From assembly GCA_000165425.1 (NCBI GenBank), contig CT868429.1, forward strand, positions 571,337-635,336: a DNA stretch of 64,000 bases, given 5' to 3'. This DNA is from Paramecium tetraurelia (Eukaryota). Shown here in pieces: positions 1-15,132 of the stretch. Both the position numbers and the translations under genes were made by a program. The notes beneath the pieces are model-generated. The model was not told the DNA's origin. It made no database searches and saw only the letters and a program-made list of their open reading frames with translations. Numbering within the stretch: position 1 is the first letter of the stretch; every line of letters begins with the position of its first letter.

Positions 1-75
1 GAATAGAGCAACCATTAAATTATAGATCAAAAATTTTTATTGATAGTGAACTTTATAATGTTTAACAAATTAAAT

Positions 76-2582
76 TCATTCCAAATTTATAATATAATAT
101 GATTTATTGTGGTCTAAAATTTCTATTTTATCCTTTCCTTATTCAAAGATATTTTCCCTAATTTCATTATTGCAAACTTGGATGAAATGAAGAGTTCTTA
201 AAAATAAATAAAAATATTTACATATTTAATTGTTGTGATAATGCCTGAAGATTTAAAGCATCATCTAATTGTGTGTTCCAATATAAGATATTCAGAGTTG
301 ATTACACTTTTGAATGGAGAATATTTCTAATTAATATATTGGCTAAAATGTGGAAATTTAGATTATTCTAATTTTTATATAATTAATTGAATGCTTATAT
401 TCTTTGGTCTTAATCTTCGTTATAAATTTGTATTAGATAGAGAATTAACAATTGTTTGATCTAACCAAATAAAGATTGTGAAATTTATATGTAATCACAA
501 TAAATAATAAAGTTAAGTAGTTTAATATCTTCAATAAAAGAATAGAAATCGTCTTATTCATACATTATTTTATTTCTTAAAAATTAGTATGCAAATGCAG
601 TATAAAAGGAGTTATCATATACACTGATATAAGTAGAGATTTTAATTTCATTTGAATTAATACCCAATGTTAAGAAATCTTTTTTCTCTGATATTATACA
701 GATGTTAGCTACATTTTACTATTAATGAAGTTATATTAGTATGTCGTTAATGCTAATATTTTTGGTGGTCCTATTTTCCATAATTTTTTAAAGTTTTTTG
801 TCCATTTTCTCAACTTCCATTGTTAATTCTTGAACCTTCACATCTAATTATTAAACATAAAAATGAATATTTTTTTCAGAGTACTATTTTTATAAAACTT
901 ACTCTTAATCAGATCTAAAACTATTATCAGAATTCTGAATTGCATCTATTCTCATTGAATTTTTATACGTTGTCATGATGATTTTACATTGACTCTTACT
1001 CTTATTAGATAAGCTCATGATCGCTTTGTACTTAAGAGAGTCTTTATTCAAATTTAGTTTGATATAGTGAATTAAAATTTTATAACTCTTTAATCCATCT
1101 ATTTAATCTTTGTATATCTTCTTACATTGAATTAGATTATTTAATTAAAACATCATTTTGGATCTTTAGTGTATCAATTTCTTATGTTATTGATTAGTCT
1201 TATATTTACACTTTTTCCTGATTTTAATTTTGTGATTCTTGTTAAGACTTGACATTAGTAAGGCTGTCATTATCTATAATTTCTTAAGCTCTTTCTGTAC
1301 AACTCTTTTAGATAATCTCTTAATTATTACTTGGTTCAACTGAGCTAGAAATGTTTTATAAAATTTATGTGTAATTAATAGCTTCAGTTAAATTTTTGAA
1401 TTCTTGACTTAAACTATTAATTCTGTCTTCAAATGCTTTTTTATTTTCATCTAACATTTATTGAAACTTTTGATTAATTTCATCAAAATTAGTTACAAAT
1501 TCAGCTCTAAAATAACTAAGCATTGCATGTTTTTCAACTAAATCTGTCTATTTTTATTTTTTTGTTCTTTTTATTTATGTTTCTGATAAGTTACTAATGG
1601 ATTATCTAGAAATTGTGGATGATTTCTTAGTGAATTCTCTTTAATAAGTGATACTATTTGTATTTTCTGATAATTAAAAAATTTCATTGGATAATTTACT
1701 AATTTTTTCTTCAGTCTATTCAATATTTGTTTATTGCTATGATTAGATTTATCCAAAATCCTGTTATAAAGTTGTTATTTAATTTTACAGGAGAGATACT
1801 TCATGCTATAATTCGTTGATCAATGAAGTCTAATCCTTAAAATTCTATTCTATTTGTTGCCAATTTATATCAGCATATTTACTTGATTATTTTAAAGATG
1901 GTTTTTTAATATGAATTTTATCAATACTGCTATCAATTACTTGTTATATATGTTATTTTATAGAATTGGCTTATGATTTAGAATAATCCAAAATTGACTT
2001 TAAATAACTAGGACTGAAATATTTAATCTATTCTGGAAGTGAACTCAAATCTTTATTATGTATTTTTTTGTAAGCAAGTGAAGGTGCTTATTTATCAGAC
2101 TCATGTAATTCTTCTAGAAAATAGTTTAATTCAACAAACTTATATTGACTCAATTTATCAAAAACATCCTTAACATCTGGATTCTAAAATCCTTTTTACC
2201 ACTATTGAACATTTGGATTTTTTGACTTTGGAGAGATACTTCTCTATTCTGTAGATGAATGTCTTTGAGGAGAATGAGTGTGAAAATTCTTATAAAACTT
2301 TATTGCTCTTAAGATTTCTTCATTTTTATCAACTTGCTATTATTTTATATCTTCTAATTATTTTAATAGCTAATTCCCTAAGTTTAATTATTAATGATTC
2401 TCATGCAATATGTTATCAACCCTTTAACGGAATTCATCTTCATAAATGTGATTGATTTTTCTATTTGTCGACTCAGTTGTTCGAGGAGAGAATTACTTTT
2501 GCTCTGTTTAACTATTATTATTAGGACAAGCTTTTTTATATATTTTAGAAGCCTACTAGCTTTAATTTTACTATTATTGCAT
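76..2582 (-). CDS. Coiled-coil protein with C-terminal otubain-like (peptidase C65) domain, catalytic residues lost
   Basis: Code-6 ORF from ATG 2582 (MQQQQNQSQQASKIY...) runs through a long Q/E/K-rich coiled coil. It then reads YDNSFYTAFAYQFL...DDALNLQALSQQLNITLHFIQV...KIEILDHNKSYYII, which aligns with otubain DGNCFYRAF...IIALAQALSVSIQVEY...LLYRPGHYDIL. 25-nt intron at 197-221; TGA at 76-78. A +1 frame break, or a 34-nt intron, lies near 935-968. Confidence 0.7.
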
Positions 2583-2771
2583 TTTCTTAACTATTTTCTA
2601 TAATTAATTATTAAAATCTATATCTTAAATTTATTATTTTCTAAACAACAACAGTGAATGTGTAATAGTAGCAATTACACAATACAAAAGTGTGAAGATC
2701 ACATGGATTGAACATTTCAAATTTATTTTATTTTATATATAATCATATCATTTATAATTATTATAAAATTA

Positions 2772-4214
2772 ATGAAAATTAATGAAAATAATGACAAGTC
2801 ATTTCATTCGGCTTCAATTCAAAAAGCATCTTCTATGTTAAATATGATTGAAGATCTCAATAATCAACAAACTCAAAATAAATAAACAACTGAACCAAAA
2901 ATTAAAAAAGCAATTGAACCTCAACCTATAATATCTTCTTAAATTGCTAGAGAAGTGGAAGAATTGGAATAGACATATAAACGTTAGTAATTTAAAGGCA
3001 TTTAACATATAGGGACAAAAAATTCTTATACGAAATATATGGCATTTTATTATTGGAGTTAATCTTATCATCTTTGAGAGGTCCACTATACTTGACAATA
3101 CATAAAAGCCCAATCATAAGAACAGCTTGGAGATAAGGATTTACTGCTTTAATCTATATTCCTATTAGTATTTATGAGTTGAAAAACAACAAAAATTGCA
3201 TCATTTCCTTCAAAGGTTAAGAATTTAATTTATTAATGGCGTCAGTAACATAAGCAGTATGATTTAATCAGTTATCATTAGATTTTTGCTGTATCTTTGT
3301 CAATTTCTGTTACTCACACTCATGTCTCACATGCCCTTATGTTTTATAATAGTTCATTGTTAATTTATTGCGGAACTAAAATCATACTAAAGTAATATTG
3401 CCATATTCTGGAATATTTTGGATTTGGAGTTGCATTGATCTTATTAATGGTCATCTTTACTAACATGGGCTTCACATTTTATTCAAAACAAGATGTTTCA
3501 ATATGGGATAAAATTATATTTGGAGATTTAACAGCACTTTTTGGAGGAGGTGTTTCTACATTATATTAGTAATTTTTAATAATAGAGTTAGTGCCAAATA
3601 TTACTCAAAAATTGCTTAATGTTGCCCAACTTTTACATTATTTTCAATAATTAGAGCACTTAGTACTGTTGTATTGATAATTATGACACTTACATTTGAT
3701 AATTAGCACAATTTCTTTGACTTCTTAGAACCAGTTCTCTTTATACAAATATTTTTGAATGCCTTATTCACTGGTGTTATGATGAATTAATTATAATCCT
3801 ATGTACAATTATTTGTTGATCCACTAACATATAATTCAGCAAACTTTTTTTAACCACTTTTTGGAAGCATCTTTTCTTATTTATTAGGCCAAGTATTGAT
3901 ATAATAAATTTCATTAGGAATCTTTGCCAGGCTCATTATCCATTGCTTGCATGATTCTTTACAGTATTGGTCTATTGTTTATATAAATTGGACGATCAAA
4001 GTCTGAAACTGAAGATCTAAACCTGGATATTGAACTAAGATAACTAGACACTGTTTATTTTGAAAATAACCCTTTACTTTCATTATTTTAATCTACTCAT
4101 AGGGATAGAGAAGATTAAATGAAGATATCACTATATAAAAGGTCAATCATCTAAAGATAAACCATTTTAAGACAACCGACAAAATAATTTGTTGATTATA
4201 GTATGGATTAATGA
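2772..4214 (+). CDS. DMT/EamA-family (SLC35-like) multipass membrane transporter
   Basis: After removing about 25-nt introns: KSPIIRTAWRQGFTALIYIP...SVTHTHVSHALMFYNSS...EYFGFGVALILLMVIF...IFGDLTALFGG. These are typical EamA helices (THVSHA, GDLxAL). TGA at 4212-4214. Confidence 0.75.
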
Positions 4215-4260
4215 GAGTTAGTTTAATTCACTATTATAATTTAAGATTAAAATTAAATAT

Positions 4261-5599
4261 TCAAAAATTTTGGTAATTATCCAATACTTTGTACTCTTAA
4301 CTACCTCTGTAACTAGCTAATTCATCTAAGTTGATCGAGCCTTATTCATAGTCTAATAAATCATCTAAATTTATTCCATTTTTTATAGTTTCTTTTTTTC
4401 TTAATCCTCTTTCTGATGGAGAGATATTCTAAGTTATAGCAGTCTGCAAATTTGAAACATCTTACTTTATTTACCCAAACAATTTATTACTTTTTTCATC
4501 CAATTATAAATTAAGTTTTTGAATATCCTGAATTTTATAATTAAGTTCTTCCAAATTTAAATTATTTTACTGTTTATTCTACATTCTAAGTTATTATTGG
4601 TTTTATCGAGCATCCTAAAGGGTTTAAATCTATTTTTCTGGAGAAGTATTAATAGCATTTACCACTTCATGTTGATTATTATCCTAATTTTATTTATTAT
4701 TGTTTATGTATAGATTTTTTTGTTACATTTTAAGAGATACGGGAGATTAACTCTTTTTTAAATGGTTTTGTTTAAGTTTATTATAATAGTCAGGGCTTTT
4801 TTATTTTTTCTTTTGTTATTCTATATTTTAATAAACTTCCGACTCGCCAGGAGCTTTAGTGCCTTTTAGTTTTATTAATTTCCAATAATCTTTTTAGCTT
4901 TGACTCTCCCTAAGTAATCTATCAAATTATTAGCGCATGGACTCTTTTTATTATCCTGAACTAGATTATAAAGATTGCTAAATTGAAGCTTAAGGAGATC
5001 CTCGTTATTACTATATTTATTATTTTGGTGACTATTAGTATTATTGGCTTTATAATTTATGATTTTTCTATTATTGCTACTAAGAGAAATTGTTTAAAGG
5101 AGAACTTCCAAGTTAATTAGAATATTAATTTTTCTTTTTATTTGAATGAATTTAAGTATACCCTTAATGAGGGCTTGACTCATTTTATAGATTATTTAAG
5201 ATATGATTATTGAATCCTTGATTATATCCTACTTTAGTATTAAACTAATTATTTTAGGATACCTTTTTTTGATTTGGAAATATTAATTATTATTATTATT
5301 ATTATTGGGGGGGGGGGGTTTATTATTATTATTAGAAGGAAGATGATGATGAGGAGGGGGAGGGAGAGGGGGACGAGGGCGCGGGCGGGTGGGCGATGGC
5401 CGCGGGGGGGGCGGGCGCGGGGGCGCGCGCGCGCGGCGCGCGCGCGNNNNNNNNNNNNNNNNNNNNNNNNNNNNNNNNNNNNNNNNNNNNNNNNNNNNNN
5501 NNNNNNNNNNNNNNNNNNNNNNNNNNNNNNNNNNNNNNNNNNNNNNNNNNNNNNNNNNNNNNNNNNNNNNNNNNNNNNNNNNNNNNNNNNNNNNNNAGA

Positions 5600-5651
<52 letters not shown>

Positions 5652-6789
5652 ATTATAATTCTTTCTATTACTATTGCTATTATTGTTGCTATAACTATTG
5701 ATATTGCTATTATTATTACTATTATTAGTAATAGTATTATTATTTTTATTATTAAGGGTATTATTATTGAGACTACATTTAAACTTATTATTAGGATATG
5801 ATATTCTTTTACTATAGCTATTATTATTATTATTACTATTATTATTGTTATTGCTATTATTATAGTGCTTAGATTTTTAATTATCCAAATGATTACTATT
5901 ATGTTAATCGGTGATTGTCATCTTAAAAATTCATTTTTTTTTATTATGTTTTTAAATCTATATTATTTTATTGTTATTTCTAATTCTAAGATAAATTTTT
6001 TTGAGCTTAAGCCTTGTGACCAGCATTCACAGGAATATCTATAAAAGTTGATGAGTGACTTGAAGACCAATATCTTTCATTTTAGATATATGATCTTTCT
6101 TCATTGTGAGAAGGATGATTTTTTAAGTTTGCAAAATTCTAACTGATTGATAACATGCTTGCATTGTCAACCAGATCATTTGAAAAGTTTTCAGTTTATT
6201 CATAATCTAATTTAAAAATGTTTGTCTTCTCCGCAGTATTATATCCCTTGTTATTAATAGTTTTTGGTTCTTTTACCTCCTGAAATATTTTATCCCCTCT
6301 TAATCGTTAATCTTTTTTATTCGGTTTTTCATCAGTTTGTGATTTATTGCGTTCCTCAACCTGATATTTTTGTATAATTTCAGATCCAAAACTATGGTTA
6401 TTACGTTATTATTTTCTATCGGTTGAATACTAAAAAATTTCATCATTTGATGTTAATTCAGTTTAAGTTGTTACAGTTTTATATTTTCTTTACTTTTATT
6501 AGGGTCTCAATACTTCATATTTATACATTATTTTGGATTACATTTGCATTCTATCCTCCTTCATTAGCAATTCAAAAGAAACCGAATCATATGTTAAAGG
6601 GTTTACAGTCATACTTGATACTTTATAACTTACACTACTTAAATCATACGATATTTAATCAATCACAGATGACATTAGCAAGCATTAATTTATTTCATAA
6701 GCATCGTTGATAACTCTCCATTTTGAATTCTTCTAAGCTAAATTCAGAGCTTCCTATCTTATTATCGTACTAGTATTAGTCTATCCCAT
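4261..6789 (-). CDS. Hypothetical Gln-rich protein, possibly N-myristoylated (spans assembly gap)
   Basis: Starts MGQTNTSTIIRQEALNLAQKNSKW. Contains long (TAA)n poly-Gln tracts around 5280-5870. Ends ...YKVLDNYQNF-TGA at 4261. Interrupted by the N-gap, so continuity is inferred. Confidence 0.6.
5447..5597. other. Assembly gap (run of N)
   Basis: Directly visible N run, flanked by (TTA)n microsatellite and a degraded G/C-rich tail. Confidence 0.99.
5598..5870. repeat. (TAT/TTA)n trinucleotide microsatellite encoding poly-Gln on the minus strand
   Basis: Perfect (att)n at about 5601-5650 followed by degenerate copies; reads TAA/TAG/CAA on the minus strand. Confidence 0.9.
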
Positions 6790-7359
6790 TTTAGTAAAAA
6801 TAACAATATAATAATTTATAAAATAAATTCCCATCGATAAACTTCTGGAATTTCTTTGTCAATCATTAAATGGAAAATGAGTTGAAAATATGCTAAGATT
6901 GAGAACCAACTTATCTCTTAACATCTAATTTAAGTTTATAATTATTCAAATGCTATTTTCTATTTTGATATGAAAATGCTTACAAAGTTGTACTCTAGAT
7001 TATTAGAAATCTTAAGAATTAGTCATGATATAATATGTTTAAAGTATAAGACCATGCATAAAATCATAATGAACAAAATTCCCCTAAATATCCGAAGTTA
7101 AAACAGAAAACCCAATATTATAAGGATTATACGTGATTCTAAAATTATCTATAATTGTATTGTAATTTGTTTATAATTTAAAAGTGAGCAAATCTAGATC
7201 TCCATTGAATATTTATTATATGGATTCATGACTCATCAAAAAGGTTGTTTGGTAGTTCTCAGAATATATTAGAAATGATTATTTAATTTCAAAGTTATAA
7301 TGTTTGATAATTTATTAATAAAATTTTATAATACACCACATTACAAAGTACAAGAATAT

Positions 7360-7961
7360 ATGGGCATTTGTTCATCAAAAAAAGAATTAGATAAAATAGA
7401 AGTACCAAGTAAATCATTTTTCGATTTTGAAATAAATGATATTGATGGCAATCTAGTTTAAATGTCGAAATTTTAAGGAAAAAAAGCATATATTTGCGTA
7501 AATGTTGCTTGTTCTTGTCGTTTAACAACATAGAATTATGTTGAATTAGTTGAAATGTATAAGCAATACAAGTATATCATTTAAAAATGAATAGAGATTA
7601 GGGTTTAGAAATTCTAGGTTTTCCATGCAATTAATTTAGGAATTAGGAAAGCAAACCAGAACCAGAAATAAAAAATTATGTTACTTAAAAATATGGCGCT
7701 CACTTTCCATTATTCCAGTATTTAAATATTTCATATTTTATTAGGAAAATAGAAGTAAATGGGGTTGGAGCTCATGATATTTATAAATATCTACGATATA
7801 ATAGTGAATTGAAGATTAATAATAAAAATGAAGTAAAGTATGTTCCTTGGAACTTTGCAAAATTTTTGCTTGACGCGAACGGAAACGTAATTAACTATTA
7901 TTGTCCAGACGTTAGTCCAAATGATATGATGAAAGATATTGAAAAACTATTGAAGAACTGA
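7360..7961 (+). CDS. GPX: Glutathione peroxidase (Cys-type, PHGPx-like), N-terminal MGICSS acylation motif
   Basis: MGICSSKKELDK...FFDFEINDIDG...VNVACSCRLT...LEILGFPCNQF..QE...FPLFQKIEVNG...VPWNFAKFLLD. All GPx signature motifs are present; two short introns; TGA at 7959-7961. Confidence 0.95.
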
Positions 7962-7976
7962 CTGCAAAATGTGAAA

Positions 7977-9023
7977 TCAATCATTTTATTATATACTATG
8001 AATCATTTTAATAAAATTGTCATCGAATGAGCTATCTTTTCTTGTTTTATAAATCTGTTATTCAGCAGTAGATTCCTCTTGTTAAATATTGAAATCAATA
8101 ACAGGTGTTCTTGATATTGATCTCGGTTTTTCAGCATAGTAAAATGCATAAGGTATATATAAACAAGGAAATTGTTGTACTCCTGTAAAAAATATTTGAA
8201 TGCTTATTTAAAAAACAGAATATTATTCTTCTTTGCTTTATTAAAAACAAAATAATTCTTTGTTGGTATTGTACATAATTATGATGAGCACTATGAATGT
8301 TATCATTGTAATGGTTTATGCCCATATAACTAATTTAATCTATTTTAATTTCATGCTTAGGGTATTTTTTGGCATTGATGAGCTGTCAAGAAATTAGGAA
8401 TATTAATCTGAATTTTGGTTTTATAATTCTTCTTTCCTTCTAATATAGTAGATCAGTGATTAACCATGTATTTATGTGAATATAGTGATTATGAGTATTT
8501 GTACTTCTAATAGATCAAGACTGTAATAAAAATAACTACTTTAAACTATGGTTAGCATACTTATTGCAAGAAGAATCATCAATTTCAAAGAAAAAGAAAA
8601 ATTACAATGAAAATATAACCAAATAAAAGGCACCTTTACCAATCATCAATCTCAAGTATTTGTTTTTTCTTTTTTCCACTATATAGATAAATATTAATAA
8701 CTACTGTCATCTGCATATTTAAATCGATATCTCAAATTGGCCAAGCTTTGTGAAACAAGTATAAAGGTAAATAGTTGTAATATGCTAGCAGAAATTATCA
8801 TTCGATTTGAATTATAAATGGTGTATTGAACTAAATGAACTATAGCTTATAAGCAACAACAGAGCATCGGTGCTATTTCATATTTTAATGATCCATGAGC
8901 TTTGTAATAATATAAGGACCAGCTAATTGAGATTATTGCAATAATTAGAGACAAGATTGCAAGTATAATATATCTGAAGCAAGATAAGAAATTATTATCA
9001 CATTCTTGTAAAATTAAAATCAT
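7977..9023 (-). CDS. Hypothetical seven-pass transmembrane protein
   Basis: MILILQECDNNFLSCFRYIILAILSLIIAIISISWSLYYY... has about 7 hydrophobic segments, short introns and a hydrophilic C-terminal tail. TGA at 7977-7979. Confidence 0.7.
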
Positions 9024-9319
9024 TCTAAAAATAATATTATTTCAATCAATTCATCTAGTTCATTAAAGCACAAGACACAAAAATTGTTGTAGTTTTATAG
9101 TAGAGACTATTTAAAGTGCTAGCATTATTTAATAAACATCAAATGTTATAACAGAATAATTTTTATTTCTTTTTGTTATTAATTTCAACATAGGGAACTC
9201 AAATTGTAATTTTAATAATGAAATAGCAGATAATTTTGAGTTTATTTTTGATCGAAATTTATTATATAATCATTACTGTTTAGAAGATAATAAAAAATAA
9301 AAATAAAAAATATCAATAA

Positions 9320-11369
<2,050 letters not shown>

Positions 11370-11426
11370 TTACTATTTTTGTATTATTTATTTATTTTAT
11401 ATTATAAGATAGTATTTTATACTGAA

Positions 11427-12694
11427 TCATTTACATTATTCAACAGATTAAAAAGGATTTTTAAATTATGGAAAGGCAAGATTATATATTCTAAAATTAA
11501 TCAATTTAATTACTATTAATTTATTCGTTCTTAAGACTAATTTAATGATGATAGTTTTATAAAATAGGGATGTATTAAACAGTCTTAAGCCGATGGTCTA
11601 TTACTGAATTCTTTTAGCATTTAAGTAATAAGATCTAACAACAAAGGACATTTGAGATTCTCACTGATTTCATATTGGTTTTTTTTATTAAATTCACATA
11701 TTTCTTTTGAAGTCAAATTTGAAGAATATATACGCTTTCCAGTAGCTAGAATGTGCGCTATAGCTCCTAAACTATAAATGTCACATAGTTAATTGTATAG
11801 TATCTATTCTTAAAAGATTTCTGGGGCAACATAACCAGGAGTTCCACATCTGAATTCCATATTCTTGGTGTCTGACAAAAATGTTGTAAACCCATAATCA
11901 ATTAGTTTTAGCGATTTGACATCTCCTTTTACTTTAAACATAATATTGTCTAATTTTAGGTCTCTATGTATAATATTAAGAGAATGTAAATGTTTTAAGG
12001 CTTTAAGGAGCTATTTAAATATAGATCTAATCTCCTTTTCATCTAATTTAAGTTATCTCTTTTGAATGTATTCTAATAGAGTACCTCCTTTCATATACTC
12101 ATATATAAAGATGTGAGTATCCTAGTCAGTAAACATTTCTTATAACTTCATTAAACTTGAATGGGGCTACTTTAATAAAGTCTTGGAAACTCCAATTTCG
12201 CTGACGATTTAAGACTGAAATACTTTAAAATATTACATTTTGCCACTTGATACAGATTTTTGCTATAAATAATTCTTTAGTTTATTTATTTTTACATTAT
12301 ACAATCTAATAAAATTTAAAAATAAAACTTACTTGACACAATTTATTTTCTTTTAAAATCTTCATAACTTTATATTTCTCATGGAATACTTTTATAGTTG
12401 TTTATATGAGTTAAGTCTTTGTTAAAGAATAGTGAAAAGAGGAGACAGAGCAATTATATTTTGTTTAATTGTTATTCTACACCTAACCCTAGAATTCAAT
12501 TTAGTCAACCGGGATTGTACTACAAATATAACTTATTAATACTTTTAGGTGAGTTACAAGGGACTTAAGGAATACACTTCTCCCTTATGTTCTTATTTTT
12601 AGGAAGTGGTTTTCGATTTTTCCCTTTCTGTTTTCTGGGTTTGTTAGTTTGAGAACTCAGAATTGAAATACGGCAATAGTCCACTTTATTTCAT
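11427..12694 (-). CDS. CAMK-like Ser/Thr kinase lacking Gly-rich loop
   Basis: FIAK, EYMKGGTL, HRDLKLDN, IDYG, RCGTPGYVAPE, DIYSLG. Subdomain I reads KILKENKLCQI (no GxGxxG). Several short introns. Confidence 0.85.
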
Positions 12695-15132
12695 TAAATT
12701 TAAGTTGATTTATTAATATCTAATATATATTTAATTTATAGTGAGAAGGATTCAAGAATTCTCAGAAAAATTTATTTGATATAAAATAATTAAGTATTTT
12801 TGATTTGATGAAACTGCTTTTAAATTTTTGGATTTACTAATTATTTTCTTATTTATTTAAGTAATAATAATATTTAGCGTGTGAAATTAGGATGACTTCA
12901 AAAAGATTGTGGATTCTGTAAATATAAACTCCAACATCAAAGAAAAACTTTTAAATGCAATTCAATATTCTCTATTTAATTCCAAATTCAATTTTATTAT
13001 ACTAACATATTTTTACTCAATTCAATTATTTGGTGTTTGAAATTATTATCAAATTTATTTAGTTTGCTACTAAAATTAAGAATTACATGTTTTATATGTA
13101 TTTAATAATATACAAAATTTAATTGATCTTGTCCTCATGAGTATTTTTGACTATTTATACTTATTAATTCTAAAAAACGAATTAAAATATTTTTGAAATC
13201 TCTCTATTTTATTTAAATTTTTGGTCTCATAAATATATTGAAATTAGTGGGGGGATTTTTATTCTTGGCTAATTGTATCTGAGATTTTAAGAAATACATC
13301 CAAATTCTAATCGTTTTACTTCAAGCTTGAGCACCTTGATTGTTATAGAAATGTTCAGAATAGGCTCATTAGATGCCTAATACAAATTTTAAAGAATAAT
13401 GAAAGATCCAATATTCTATAATAATGGTCGTTTTATTAAATATCCCTCTTCTAAGCAGTATAAATCAAGGCTTAAAACTGTACTAATTTTTATTTTTTTA
13501 TTTTTATGATAATATAAACTTTGCTTCCAACTTTCAATGTAGTAATAGTTATTATTTAATTGTATTTTAATTAATTTACTCTTATGTTCCAAACAAGAAT
13601 AATTACTTTGAGCAGTTGTTTTATATATTTATTTAAAATATTGATAATAATTGTATTTGCTTTAATAATTCTAAAAATAGAACGTTTCAATATACATTTC
13701 TCGTGGAGATATACACTCTAAAATATTGCAGCATTACCTATTTCCACTTTATAAATTTTCCTTTTCATTATTTTCTGAATAAATAATAGTACATCATTAA
13801 TTCTAAACAGTACATACTTGTATAAGACAATTTTATTGTTCATTTATTTGATAGTAATTATTAATATCAATATATTGTTCTAAAAATAAAAATCATTTAG
13901 TACTGAAAATTAATTATTTAATTAAAAGTAAAATTTATCTTTTATAAATCACTAAAATTTTTCTAACAAACAACCATGAAGCTGAGTGAAAATTATGTTA
14001 TTTATCAAGATTATCTCGTTTTTATTTGTTAACTTTGATTATTTTTAATTCGTAAAATAAATATATATAATAATATTAAATTAAATATGTATGTTAGTAA
14101 ATAATCAAAATTAAAAGAAAATATCTATTTCTTACTCTTTAAGAGATAATTTTCAATTTTGAGAAAGATTGCTTTCATTAAGATATTAACAAGCAAAAGG
14201 ATTAACCAATAATGCATGTAAGAATTTATTTGTATTCAAAAAATAATTACAACTACCTGTAAATTTATTTATTTTTCTCAATTTTGATTATACAATTACC
14301 AAGTCTTTTATTACTGGTTTTTTACTTAATTTATTAGGTGAATCATTTTTGTATGTTATCTAACGCTAATTGGTTTTATATTATTAGTAGTATTTCCAGA
14401 ATTGAGAAAATCTCCAAAAATATATCTGATTAAAGTCTTAATTGCAGTTTTGAAGTGATTTTATATACAATAAATTAAAGTGTATATTAATAAAAGTTAA
14501 TTCAAATTCTTATAAGGATCTAATAAGAAATTATCATTAAGAGATATTATCCTAATTACGAAAATCATTTAAGATATAATCATAACTATAGTGTAAATCT
14601 TGTACATTTTAATGTCCAAAAATTGGAATTTAATAAACAATTAAATTATTAGAATGATAGAACAATGAGTTTGATAAAATTAGATTGTTAAAACTTTTTC
14701 TCTAAGAATACCATAATTAATAATTGAATAAGAAATCAAAAATTACCAAGTCATAACAATTAATTAAGTTATTTTATTTATGATGAAAAATTGCAAATTA
14801 TCTTAATCAATACTATGATGACTTATATGTGAGATTTATCATAAATTAATATCAAATATAAGGATTAAGTTGAATTAAATCCCAATAATAACTTTTAAAT
14901 CTGCTCTTAAAAAAGTAGTTGGATAATATATTACTATTTTTGACTTCTAATATTAATTAGATATTTACATATATGATTATATATAGTATTTCAAACATCA
15001 TAATCAAGTTTTTAGAAAAATAATAATTTTCGAGAGTTATCCGATAGAAATTGGAATTATGAAGGGTTAATAGAAATAAATAATATAGAAATTTAGTATA
15101 AAAAATTTCATTTTTAATGAACAAATCTTTCT

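Noticed and set aside
5300..5446. Strikingly GC-rich tract (ggggcgcgcgcg) resembling a CpG island or G-quadruplex
   Set aside because: It grades from a (TTA)n repeat into G/C noise directly beside the N-gap, typical of read-end degradation after a microsatellite.
7962..8040. Possible SECIS after the GPx gene
   Set aside because: The GPx has TGT, not TGA, at the active site. There is no correctly placed GA quartet, and the region is the coding end of the opposite-strand gene.
13141..13509. TGA-free plus-strand frame in the gene-poor island
   Set aside because: Only about 120 codons, first ATG late, and no motif; expected by chance with a single stop codon.
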